A stretch of DNA of 64,000 bases from Pecten maximus (GCF_902652985.1 NC_047025.1:15066001-15130000), one strand, 5' to 3'. Positions 10,063 through 22,689 are shown, counted from the stretch's first letter. Notes: generated by a model from the letters alone, not told the origin. Numbers and translations are program-made.

Positions 10063-13000
10063 TATGTTGCTATAATATAAATAAACGAAAAATATCAAAT
10101 GTAATATATGCCATACAACTTTTCCTTATTCTGACTTGATAACGTATCGCCACAACAGGAACAGGTGGACCATACAAAAACTCCGGAATACAACATACAG
10201 TAATATGTTGTTGTATTTGTCCTCTCTTCTTACTTTCCTTTGAATAATGATCATTCAGGAGTTATAAATGATAATATAATATTCAGTAATAACAACTATT
10301 AATAATATATATAGATAATACCAATATTTTGACAATACAACATTTGAAAAGTACTCACCTATTCCTAGTGATAGTAAGGTGTACCGGCGTCGGTCCTGGT
10401 CCATATGGGTAAGGCACGTTACTGTATACTTCCTACATCTCACAATGGAAAAGTGTCGGTAATGAATCACTTGCTGCCACACTCCACTGCACACATCATC
10501 CCATTTCACCGCTACTCATGATCACATGACCATTAAAGGGTAGGTGTGTAGAACTTCTGTAACAAATGTTGTAAAAAAGGGGAGATAATCAATAAATAGT
10601 CAATACAGTAGAAAAGATTAATATCTGTCATACTCGTGAAATTATATTAAACGGGAATCATTAATATCCTGTACATATATATGTCAACACGCTACAAGGT
10701 TTTTAAAACCATAGCAAGTAAGACCATCTGTGGACTACGCTTGGGGAAATGACAGTGTATGCTTTCCAGCTGGGACATGCTCTAGGGTACAAAGCCGAGA
10801 AGGCACGTTCCACCTCGGTTTCTATTTATAGATTTAGGCAAATTTCGCTGGATACTGTTCGACCCTGTTTTAACTGTTACCACATAATATCATATATGTC
10901 AATATCTGAAAAGAACTGACACCTTAGAGGACAAAAGCTAAACATACAGTAATAATTCAAATAATTGCCTCATATAGCTGATTGTTTTCTTATGTATGTG
11001 ACGAGCATATATTGTTTCGCTTTAAAGTATTTTTTTCTAATTTTAAGAGTGAGGGGAAAACATTTTGGGTTTTTTTTTATTGATTTTGTGTGTGTGCGGT
11101 TTTTTGCTTGTTTTTGTTTTTTGTTTTTTGTTTTTCGTTTTTTTGTTTTTGTTTTTTTGGTTTTTTTTTATATAGATCTTTCCCTTATTTCATCTGTAGG
11201 TTCATAATCCACAGCTAAGCTAAATTAAGTTCAAGGAAATAAGAACTGATCATATTATGATAATACATTATGTACTGGGACAGATATTTAAGAGGGATAT
11301 TTAATGGGAAGAGGAGAGAAGAGTAGAGAATAGTCCACAACAATTATACGGTAGAGGACGCCAGGATCCCGGCAGGATTTCCTGTCCCCTGTCTTATACA
11401 CTCTGTATAGTTTTTATCAATTTGTTGCAATGAATGTGTTCATTAACTGTAGTTTCCATACCATTTGAATATATATATATATTTTTTTTCTAAAAAGCCT
11501 TATATTTGAATATGAATGTTAAACGGTATAAGGATCGACGATTATTTTAAGTTGGCAAAACGAAGTCCTAGCATATTTGTATCTAATTAATGGGTAAAGT
11601 CCCAGAATGCGTTGAGTCATGGACCGCGATGTACTCTGGGAGAGATCGAGATGGTTTAAGTATTACACGTGGTTGTAAATGTAATGTAAATTATTGTAAG
11701 CTAAATTTAGAACATGCTCGAACCAATGGAATCATTTGAAAAAAAAATAATTGAATGTTGATGTTGAGGTGTGTGAATGTTATGTAAAGAATACTTTTAT
11801 AATATCAAAAATGTTATTATTGTTCCAAACACAAATGCAACTGACATGAGCTCCTCCAGGTTAATTGCCTTCGCTTACCTACATTATGGTAACCTATGTC
11901 CATATAACAATTTATTTCCGCTGGAAACAAACAGATTCAGTATCTGTATATTATTCTCATTTCCTAGATATTGTCATTTTAATTTGATACAAGATAATCC
12001 TTAGGTATATAATAGACAAAACAGGAAACTTATGTTCAGTTTATATGTTTTAGCCCGAAAGTTATCACATATGAAAGCCATCTCGTGTTGAGGACATTAA
12101 TTGTTTATGGAGTTGAACCCATGTTCTCTAAAACCTGCCAATCATTGTTTTAGAAATTTTGTACGTGCATATACATCTCTGATATGCATACATCACATAA
12201 ATTGGACATTACTGAGAGAACAAATCAATTTTACCCCAACGAAATGTTCCTATTGGATTAAGAATTCTGAATAGAGTTAGAAGACTGATTTGAAGACAAA
12301 AAATTGATCTGTAGAGTTTGGGTTTTTTTCCAGGAATCTGCATTTTTACCTCAGACGAGGCAGCTGAACATTTCCCCCGAAAACAGTCTTCTTTCTGTGT
12401 AAAAAGTTTTTAACCGTATCTAAGAAGATCATTTTGGTATTTGTACTTGTGTGCGTCATACTAATGTAGGTCAGATCCAGGTTAAAAAATAATCTGTTAG
12501 GGGTGACAACATACCAAATGGGCATACCGTCAAGCATCGAGCACGTCTGAATTTGTATCGCACAAGACAATAGATAGTTTAATTGAGATCGTGACTGGTG
12601 ATCATTATCATGTCAACAATGAAAAGTTTTCCCTGGTCGTCATCATCCTCGGCCCTAGGTGAAAATCGCACTATCGCTTATTTAGATAAGATATAGTGCG
12701 ATTATCACCGGGGTCCGTAGATGCGGTACCTTCTGCTGTTTCACTTTTTCACCGTAATCTTGATTATAGGAACTAGTCGTGAAAAATTGAATCAACGTAA
12801 ACATGTTAATACCGTAGGTCGGGATACAAGGATGTCAGTATCTAGAAATGGAAAACCTGCTGGTACAGTTTATAAGATATCGAGGCCTCGGTTTCAAGCT
12901 CAATATACCTATAGGTGAAACTGAATGACATCGTCATTTTCGCCTGATGAATAGTTGAAATAAGATCTTCTATACAATTCTTTGTTCACTGTTTCAACGC

Positions 13001-13887
13001 CTTTTTGTTTTGCTGGGTTTTTTGGGGTTTTTTTCGTGTTTTTTGTTTTTGTTTTTGTTGTTTTGCTTTTTGTGTGTTAGTGTGTGTAAAATTTGTTTCA
13101 ATACTTTTTATCACGTCACAGAACCGTTCCACCTTCAAATGGCACAAATTTAAAATTGACGTTTTCATCAGTGAAAAACACTGAAAGTCTCATTTAGACT
13201 GCTATTGTAATTGCTTATAAAAATGAACTACAAAACTATGTCTTCACGTTCTTCGTAAGTTGAAAATATTTAAAATAAAAATACAATTTTTCGCATTTAA
13301 TTCTCAAGAGGTAGCATATATAATCATTAATTCGTGGAGTACGGTTTACTTTCTAGGTCATATTTATTGTTCATCAGTTCTTCCCTAGATTAACATTTCA
13401 CAATAAAAGTATAAAATCCTTTCTGATCCATCATTGTTTGTGGCTCCCCATCAGTCAGTTACTTGTATCAATTGAAATATCAATCAAGATAAATAGATAA
13501 TTAAACAAATCCAAATATAGATCAAAATGTTTCGATGATAAAGATGTACCTCCCGATGTAATATCAAATGTTTTTTACTATAAGTTGACTTTTTTAAATG
13601 TAATTATTATAATTTATAACACAAGATGTTTGGATAGTCAACTCTGAACACACTAAACAAATTTTAAACAAAACCATTGGTTTGTTAATGATAATTCACA
13701 CGAAAGCAAAAGAACAAAAGTATATGTACACATGTATTATCATTCCGTCTTGACCAAGTGTATTTCTATTGAAACTTAACTTCAATGAAACATCTCAGAT
13801 ATTATCTAATATGTACATATCGGGTAATATAAAATCAATGATACTGATAGCGGGATTTAAAACTTGGCCTTGATACAAAATAATGTC

Positions 13888-14509
13888 TGTGGCTGTAAAT
13901 AAGGATACAATGATATCAGCGTCGATGGATTTTCCATCATCAAACATTTAGATAAGAATATTCAATCGTTTATCAATCTTCTCCATTTCGTTTGATCACT
14001 GCGGAATGTTTACCAGATTGCCCGATTGTAACAATGAAATTATTGGTTAAGGAAATAATTATGGGTATGCACAGGGAATAAGAGATATATACTTAGCAAT
14101 CAATGAGTCCAACGTCTAATCGAAATGTAACATATGTACATAATATTTAATAATTGTATACTAGTTTGTAATGATCATTTATTTTAGAAGATATGCAACG
14201 CATTCCATGCTAATGAGATGTACATGAATTTCCGTACTGGTGTGATGTATATGATATGCTGTACATGTGTGAAGTACACGGTATTCCGTATGTTAGTGTG
14301 TGATGTATATGATATTCTGTTTGTGTATGATGTATATGATATTCTGTTCGACCTTTATATAAAGCAAGGTATGTGGCTGTAAATAAGGATACAATGATAT
14401 CAGCGTCGATGGATTTTCCATCATCAAACATTTAGATAAGAATATTCAATCCTTCATTATTTTTTCTCCATTTCGTTTGATTACAGCGGAATGCTTACCC
14501 GATTGCCCG
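13888..14509. repeat. ~137-bp direct repeats (13888-14024, 14372-14509) flanking a partial copy of the cGLR upstream intron region
   Basis: tgtggctgtaaataaggatacaatg...gattgcccg occurs twice; the spacer matches 16680-16940 and 28225-28460. Confidence 0.8.
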
Positions 14510-14814
14510 TCCCTCATGATACGGTAAATATCTACACTATCACGCTTGTCAATAGATAAATAGATACACCTCACTAGCGTACGTTTGAAGTTTCCCACAT
14601 ACATTTTAAATATCTACCTGTCGATCTGTATGCACATTTTCTATTTTTGTAATACACGCACTATACAATGGAAACTTCAGGTTTTCAGTTTTAAAACTTC
14701 CGTAGCTACACATTGAAGTGTGAGGATATGTAACATCCGGGACAACAATCACATTGTTCGGAGTCAGGATGTTTGGTTCATTATTGCCTTAAAGTCAGGG
14801 ACGTATTTGATATA

Positions 14815-14824
14815 GGAAAATCCC
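14815..14824 (-). promoter_or_regulatory. Candidate NF-kB site GGGATTTTCC upstream of cGLR copy 2
   Basis: Exact match to GGGRNWYYCC on the minus strand; retained at 26108-26117. Confidence 0.3.
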
Positions 14825-16829
14825 ACATTGGTTTATTGTCCGACAAACCAATTGAGAGTTAGTATTACAGAAACAGTGTCTAATGTAGTCTGTGTTTGAT
14901 ATAGAAGGATTACAAGTAAAACAGACTGATACGGCCAGAAGGACAAACTAGACAATGACATTTGTTTTGTAATCAGATATTATTACTTTGATACAGAAAA
15001 CAGGACAAACTGGACAATGGTATTGGTACTGTAGCAGACTACGGCTAGCAGCCATACAAGAAAATCCTCTCTAACTATTGTAACTTGATACATGGAAATA
15101 TAGTTATGGAAACCAGACGTCAACATGAGAACAAATATCTGATGTTCCTAATATACAAGATTTGTGATGTGGGATTGTACAACAACAAGTTTGCTGGTAC
15201 AACGAACTTTCCAAGTTAGCTTTCGACCACATCCACAGTGATGGAGAGTTAAATGCTGTATTACCGGATCCTCAACTGTAAAATACGATCTTCTCGTGAG
15301 TACAAACCAGTAAACCCGCATAGGAATGTACACGATAGATATATATCTTACTGTAAAAGAGTTTAGTTTATTGCAGTGTTTTGGATTAAAATGAGAGTAA
15401 GGATTACATGCAAGTACTGGTTATTTATTGGAAAGGCGTTATGCTACGGTCAGTTACTTTCGCGTCCCTTTAAACAACAATACTTGTATTATAAATGTGG
15501 GTCCTTTTCGCTAAATACAGCAGTAATACAGAATTCCAGTTAAATAACGTTAAGTACACATGTATCTTCATTATAGCTTGTATTTTTATCATTATGAAAT
15601 TTTATAACCTATCTTTAAATTTTGAAATGATAAGATGATCAGCTGTAATAACTTAAGTGTGCTGACAATATAAACCATATTTTGTGCAAAGATCTCATTT
15701 TATATAAGATCGCTGTGTAAAAATAATAATCGTGACCTTATTCCATGGAACAAGTTAACGCAATCAAATAATTGTGACCTTTTCAATGACACAAATTTTA
15801 AAACACCATCACGTAATTGTAACCTATTCCAGACACAAATTGATACCATCATATAATAAGGGCCCAGCAGGAAAGTGCGCTATAGTAATCACCTTATCCG
15901 TCCGTATATCAGTCTGTCCGTCAGCACTTTTATTACCGTACAATAACTTGAGTTTCCTTGGGCCTATCGAACTCAAACTTGATACAGTGCTTTCTTATTA
16001 AAAGCACATGTTTGGGATTTCTTTTCTATCTCAAAAGTCAAAGGTCAAGGTCACTGTTGATAAATATAGAAAATAAGTTTCCATGCAATAAAAAGGTAAA
16101 GATCACACGTTAGATAGAAATCAAGTGTTCCCGGGTATTAGCTCCATATTCTACTTTATAAATTTATAAGTTACTATGTGTTGTGTTGCCTTTTATAGCA
16201 GAGTGTACGGTCTAACCAGAGTCATCCAGACTTTCGACTTAAATATTGTTCGTATTATTTTAAGGTGAAAAAAGTGACCAAAAGGCAGAACAACCAAATT
16301 GATATACAATGGTGACAATGGCTTGACACCCTGTATAGAAAACATATTCCCTTGTCTTAGATCCACGTGACGAGTGCTCTACTGTAATTGTTGTCATTCT
16401 GTCCTTCAACCTAGCGTAGCATTTTTGTAGTTGGAAATTATCTCCGAACCTCTCATGAGATATGAGGTTTTAGAACAGGGGTTTACCAAATTTATGATGT
16501 CAAGGTTAAGGTCGTTGTTACTAAAAATAGAACAGGGAGTAAACTGTCAAAGTAATCATCTCAGGTCTTTGTCAGTAATCTAGCTGTGACATAGTTTCCA
16601 AGAAAAGTTCTTTTTCCTGTTGTATCTTTTTTTATAATGTATTTAAATCCTCAGGTAAGTTTTCCGTCTCGGTAAAAATGGATTTTTTTATTAAGGAAAT
16701 AATTATGGGTATGTACAGGGAATAGAGGGCATATACTTAACAATCAATGAGTCTTACGTCTAATAGAAATTTACCATGTGTACTTAATATCTCATAATTA
16801 TATACTAGTTTGTATTAAGAAATATGCAG

Positions 16830-17430
16830 CATATTCCGTACTTGTGAGATGTACATGATATTCCGTACTTATGTGATGTATTTGATATTACGTACTTGTG
16901 TGATGCATATGATATACTGTTTGTGTGTAATGTATATGATATTCCCAATATAATTAAATTTAGACTTGAAACTTCCACTCCTCTACGATACTCTACGATA
17001 CACTGCAATACAAGATATAACGATATCCCGTTGGAGGTCATCTCAGCATAACCTTTGGGCTAAAAATTTAAGCCAATAAAAACTGGTCAATGACGTCATT
17101 GTTCAACAAATGACAAAGAGTCTTATACGAGCCTTCGGTTGCGTCCTCTTAGTATTTGCGACTCAATTCAGCGCTTGATTTGAAAAATATGTACGCAAAC
17201 TTTTACAAACATCAGTGCTAGATTATCTTTATGGCCGAGGTAATCAAAATATTGCTAATCCTCTGGACGTTACATTGAATGTATGATGTGCATGGTATTC
17301 CGTATGTGTTTGATGTACATGCTATTCGTATGTGTGTGATGCATATGGCATTCTGTACATGTGCGATGTACATATTCCATATTTGTGTTATGCATATAGC
17401 ATTATGTACATGTGTGATGTACATGACATA
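16830..17430. repeat. ~27-bp minisatellite (gtacatgatattccgtacttgtgtgat-like) interrupted by a ~330-350 bp insertion ending ...GTTACA at 17274
   Basis: Units at 16830-16945 and 17280-17430; same family at 14200-14350, 28390-28460, 31040-31170. Confidence 0.7.
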
Positions 17431-17674
17431 CAACAGATTGATATATACACAATATTTCATAGGACTTATCAAAACGTGTTGGAATGAATTATATTGATAT
17501 AGGTTCGACATCACGAACATTAAAATATCTACTTTAGTGTTTGTTTTAAGGAAAATGATGAACATTTATAAATAGAGATCAAGATTTTATAGCTATCACC
17601 AAAAACAATTATTTACTCTTCGTATTGATATTGTTATTTCTATTTTAAAATAGAGCTTTTGACCTATCACTGAG

Positions 17675-19684
17675 ATGTCCGACCAGGGGGAGCTGTACGA
17701 AGATTCCTGGATTTTATATCATGTCCTGGACAGGATGATGGGGAGCCGGGAAATGGTTGCCGTCAGGAGGAAGCTGACACTTGTACGTGAGCAATTACGT
17801 AACTGGAATAAAACAAACCTAAAAGTCATTTTCACAGGAAGCTTAGCGGAAGGGATTTATATGAAGAGCTCGGACATAGATGAAATGCTAATTCACGAAT
17901 CTGTGGTAGTTATATGTCCTGATCAGCCAACCAGAATCATACCAGTTTTCGCTAATGAAACAGTATTTATTATGAGAGATACCAACAGCCGACCTGGCTA
18001 TGTAACTTTGCAGCTGATTGGACGGACATACACTTCAGACTTGTTTAATGCGATTGTACCTGTTGGAGATGTACACTTTATATCAAGTGAAATGTATGTA
18101 CGGTTGTTTTCAGATCGAATTAGTGATCTACTCAAGACTACCGTATACACTCATGGACCAGCTACTACTGCGTCGGGCAAACATATGCATTCAGATATGG
18201 ATTTTGTGCATGCGTTCAGATGTACTAGTTGGCCAAGTGAGAGCAATGAGTGGGTGAGTAGACATCGATTACATAACTGGCCGGATAAATGTTTGAGGGA
18301 TCAAATAGTACAAGATGGTTGCCATCTTGTCCCTGTAGGAGATAAAACGTCAGCCTACACATTCCTACAATGGAGAATTTCGTTCGCGACTGCGGAACGC
18401 AAACTCATTCATTCTCTCAGTCATGTCCAGGTCCTAGTGTACTGTCTTCTTAAGTACCTTTTAAAACAGATATCTGGGAAGTTGAAACAAATATATGGGG
18501 ATACAGATATTCTCTCATCATATATTATTAAAACAACTATACTCCATGCAGTAGAAAACACACCTTTATCTTTATGGGAAGAAAAGAATACATTTCTTTG
18601 TTTCATGCTGTGTTTAAATATTTTGGCCACGTGGGTGAAAGCAGGCTATTGTCCTAATTACTTTATAAAGAGGAACAATATGTTCCTTGGTAAAGTTCAT
18701 GGAGAACATCAACAAAAACTCCTTCGTTTACTTGTTGAACTCCGTGATATGACATGGGGTTGTCTATCAATAGGAACATTCTTCCAACCATCTATAGGAG
18801 AGTATATTCAGAGAGTGAAAAATGGAATCTGGAAACTAGTACTGCCTACACCAGCACAATCAGAAAGAGAAATTGATTTTACAATATTTGAACCGGCCTT
18901 CGTTTTGTTTCGTGCAACTGATGTACTACCCGCTTTGAAACTTCTGAGCAAATCAAAGTCGGACATGGATGAATACGTAGCTTACTTCAATACAGTAAGT
19001 GCACTCTCTTTAAAAGGGATGGAGGTATTTGAGAAACAAGCTCCTCTCGAAGGAAACAAACAGAGGTATAAATATCTTAGGAAATGCAAGAAGTTTATAT
19101 CACCACTTGCCGTAACTTGTACAAGTCCAGGTCTACTGACGTTGGCAACCTATCACTACCAGACTGGGAATTACATGAAAACACTGGAAATGTGTGGACA
19201 CATGGTTTCCTCGTGGAAAGTTTTCGTTGAGAATATTAGTGAGAAAGATCAAGACAGATACGAACATCTCTACTGTGGGCGTGGGTATAGTCTTCTGCAC
19301 AAATTTCAGCAAGCCTGTGTATCATACATGTTTTTGTTAAAACAATATCCAAATTTCTGTCCAGTCCATTTACAACAAGAGTTAACGAAACTCCTTAATC
19401 ATGAACTTATAATCCCACCACTCCCATACGCCGTGTTCCTGACCTTCCTGTGTTACCATGAGCTTAACGATACAAGAAGACGTGACGCAGCACTGAAAGA
19501 CCTTCGGGCCGTGAAGTATGATAAGAACCAGGGAGAAAGTAATTACTGGATTGTCCACAACTTCTTAGGGATCTGTTACGAAATGGTCGGTGACATACAC
19601 ATGGCTCTAAGGGAATACAAAAACTCTCTGAGTAGTGAAAAACGTTTGCCTTTTAATAATCCCGCCATGGAGAGGATAGAATGA
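17675..19684 (+). CDS. Mab-21/cGAS-like receptor (cGLR) with TPR-like C-terminus, copy 2 (669 aa, single coding exon)
   Basis: GSLAEG..SDIDE, HGPA, SDMDFV, WRISFATAERKL, SSYIIKT, CPNYFI..NNMF; C-terminal helical repeats (LATYHYQTGNYMKTLEMC; VHNFLGICYEMVGDIHMALREYKNSL). Confidence 0.92.
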   Translation: MSDQGELYEDSWILYHVLDRMMGSREMVAVRRKLTLVREQLRNWNKTNLKVIFTGSLAEGIYMKSSDIDEMLIHESVVVICPDQPTRIIPVFANETVFIMRDTNSRPGYVTLQLIGRTYTSDLFNAIVPVGDVHFISSEMYVRLFSDRISDLLKTTVYTHGPATTASGKHMHSDMDFVHAFRCTSWPSESNEWVSRHRLHNWPDKCLRDQIVQDGCHLVPVGDKTSAYTFLQWRISFATAERKLIHSLSHVQVLVYCLLKYLLKQISGKLKQIYGDTDILSSYIIKTTILHAVENTPLSLWEEKNTFLCFMLCLNILATWVKAGYCPNYFIKRNNMFLGKVHGEHQQKLLRLLVELRDMTWGCLSIGTFFQPSIGEYIQRVKNGIWKLVLPTPAQSEREIDFTIFEPAFVLFRATDVLPALKLLSKSKSDMDEYVAYFNTVSALSLKGMEVFEKQAPLEGNKQRYKYLRKCKKFISPLAVTCTSPGLLTLATYHYQTGNYMKTLEMCGHMVSSWKVFVENISEKDQDRYEHLYCGRGYSLLHKFQQACVSYMFLLKQYPNFCPVHLQQELTKLLNHELIIPPLPYAVFLTFLCYHELNDTRRRDAALKDLRAVKYDKNQGESNYWIVHNFLGICYEMVGDIHMALREYKNSLSSEKRLPFNNPAMERIE

Positions 19685-19949
19685 CTCGAATATTAACAAT
19701 AACGACAAAGAATTTATTTTCGATGCTATGTAAAGGATCAACATCAATAGAAATGATTCCGTACTTGTTATATACAGGGTATTCTGTACGTGTGAAATGT
19801 ACATATTCTATAAGAATGATATGTACACAATATTCCGTAAGAGCACAGGCGTCTGCTTCTGGTTGGTATTGTAAGAATAGAGGGCTAATATTTCTTCTAT
19901 GAATACTAACCAGACGTCTGTGGTAAGATCGAGTTATCAAAAACACAGG

Positions 19950-20130
19950 TACTTGGGGTAAGAAATTATATATTGTATATATACTATATAGCCTCGTATT
20001 ACTATATAAAATGGAGAAGCTCCATTTTATATAGTAATACGAGTCTATATATGGAGAAGCTCCATTTTATATAGTAATTCGAGGCTATATAGTATATATA
20101 TGCAATATATAATTTCTTATCCCAATTACT
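19950..20130. mobile_element. Fold-back palindrome / MITE-like element 3' of cGLR copy 2
   Basis: ~63-bp arms around a GGAG-AAG-CTCC loop, with an internal 40-bp tandem duplication (20011-20090). Confidence 0.75.
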
Positions 20131-20232
20131 TGTGATCAAAAAGTATTTGAATGAATTACGTTGACAATGTTTCGACAACACGAATATTATAAGGAAATTG
20201 ATAAATGGGATCTGTAGTGTATACCCATCACC

Positions 20233-21062
20233 ATTCCTTGATTCTATGTCATGTCCTGGACAGGATGATATGGGGCCGGAAGATGGTAGCCATCAGGAGG
20301 AAGCCAATACTTGTACATGTACATGAACAATTAAGAACACATATTTTTGTTTCATGATGCATTTAAATATTTTGGCCACGTGGGTGAACGCGAAGCATTG
20401 CCCTAATTACTTTATTAAATTGAACAATGTGTTCCTTTGTGAAAGTTCATGGCGAAATCTACAAGAACTCTTTCGTTTACTTGTTGAGCTCCAGGATATG
20501 GCATGGGATTGTGTATCGATTTGAACAGGCTTCAAACAGTACTCTATAGAAAATGTCAGCATTGTTTGAAATCCACTGTATCTTTTCACTCAGAAAAAGA
20601 ATATGATTTGGGAATATTCTCGGAGTCTATTTCATTTTAATTTTAGCGCCGATGTACTTCCCAAAGTGTATAATACCACTAATCTCGGAATGTACAAGTA
20701 GATGACTAGTGACGCTGTCGTCCCATCACTATGCGTATACATGCTCTCATCATGGACATTTCTGCTGGTGGTGCTCCTAGTGTAAGGGATCGAGACAGTT
20801 ATGAACAGCTTTAATGTGGGGCGGGTATACTCTTCTAAACAAATATCACAGGCATGTATAGCAAGTATTGACCGTTCTGTCTATACCCGTTACAGCCGGA
20901 GCTAACAAACCCAACGGGAGGATTCATGTACTTAATCTCCCTCTGCTCTCCTATGATGTGTTCCTCACGTTCCTGTCTCACCATGAACTTGTTGACACCA
21001 GACGACTTAATACAGCACTAATCCACCATCGGGACGTGAAATGTGACGAAATGCGGGGAGGG
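20233..21062 (+). pseudogene. Degenerate cGLR relic lacking the NTase core
   Basis: 5' coding sequence (atgtcctggacaggatgat...catcaggaggaagc...gaacaattaag) joined directly to sequence for LNILATWV..CPNYFI..NN.FL, later LSYDVFLTFLSHHELVDTRR; many stops and indels. Confidence 0.85.
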
Positions 21063-22689
21063 GGCACAGACTTGATTCCTTATGACTCAAGAACTGGAAC
21101 TACATACGTGGGTCATGGTTTTACCTAGGTGAGACAGTGTGTTATGTACTAAACGTAGGTCACTCTGACCTACATTTTGATCTTTGGCCTACATTAAAGA
21201 ACAACAGGCCCATGGACCTTTACGGTCACCTGTTTTTATTTAATATATTTCAGTTAATTAGACCTTTTTGGGTCTGCCCAGCAGCCCCTGATGATCTGTC
21301 AGGACCAGGATGTAGTCATAATGTTAACCAAGTTAGAAAGAATTCCAATAGCAATCAAAGAAATGATAGTCGAAAACTGGATTTTCCCTCTATAATGTTG
21401 TGTATATGGTTGTATATTTTATTGTGTATTAGCCGGTTTGGCCAGCGAGTCAGCCTCGGCTCGTCGGCCAGACATCAGACATCATCACGCCCTGTGATTT
21501 TCTGGCGGGAAGTTGAAAAATGATATTGGACTTCTCCGAAGAAGAATTATATTCTGATGAAGTTTTCTGAGTTTTGATATTGATACAACCAACATTTTGT
21601 TGTGAATATCTTCTTTGATTCGTTGTTTCAGCAACATGTTTTATATGTTTCTGGTTATTTTATGACTTTTGTCAATTGTGCGTTGGTTGATGAGACGTAG
21701 GCCTATATGACGTCATCATAAGTTAAAAAAGCCGGCACTTCTTACAGTTGTTTTCATTTCCAAAGGAAAGGAGTTCCTTCGTCGCCATGTTAGATCATTG
21801 TTTCATTTGTTTGACAGTTTAATTAAAAAATGTTTCAGTCTAACAACATGTTTTGAGATCCAGTTAATCAACTCCATACAGAACTTTGAACTTAGATATG
21901 AACTTATATCAGTACTAACAGTGACTTTTCTGAAAAAAAAATACCATTTTATAACAATGGACAGTCAGCACGTGAACTGTAAGCAACTGAACAATATCAT
22001 ATATATACATGTGTGCAATGTATAACAAAAATATGTACCTTTTATCTAGCTCTTGATTTATCAATGTTGATTATTATTGCTCTTTTGCCATGTCTTGATT
22101 ATATTGCACAACATCATTGTTTTCCAAATGCTAGTGAATTTTTTTTTCTCAGATATATTATATCAGAAATATACTATTCATAAAGAGCGAAATCTCTGCT
22201 GATATTTCTGTAGATAACATGTTATATTTGGTTTACATTTTCAAGGATGAGCAAAAATAACCAGCTTTATACAGTTGGGGTGTATATACCAACTGATACA
22301 GTTGATGAATGGCTAAGTGTAGTATCATAATATTGTACACTGTGTAATGTTCTTGAACATTTGAGATTTTATGCTAGTAATACTTGGTGATATTGATATA
22401 TATGTGTTAAATTGTATCATGTAGAGTTATGGTACTGTAATGAGAAACTAACGCCATGCTGAGGTATTTTTCAGCACACCAATGGTAAAATTGTGTTATC
22501 CCAATTTTATTTTGTGTATTGTTTTATGGGTGTGATGAAAGAACATAATATTTTGTAACAGTAAAGGCGTTTGATCTAGGGGAATTAATTTGGAACTCGA
22601 ACTGTAAGAGTTCTTTCCCTCTATTTTAGCTCTCTTTGGAAGATAACATGATTCTTCAGTATAGATAAAGGACTTGGAACGCGACTGAA

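Larger units (their letters stand above)
14805..22682 (+). repeat. Segmental duplication unit A (upstream region, cGLR copy 2, cGLR relic, downstream flank)
   Basis: Colinear with ~26100-37012 from taggaaaatcccacattggtttatt to gacttggaacgc. Confidence 0.85.

Noticed and set aside
21137-21523. 128-aa ORF conserved at 34855-35241
   Set aside because: Conservation is explained by the recent duplication; non-ATG start, repeat-derived sequence, no recognisable domain.
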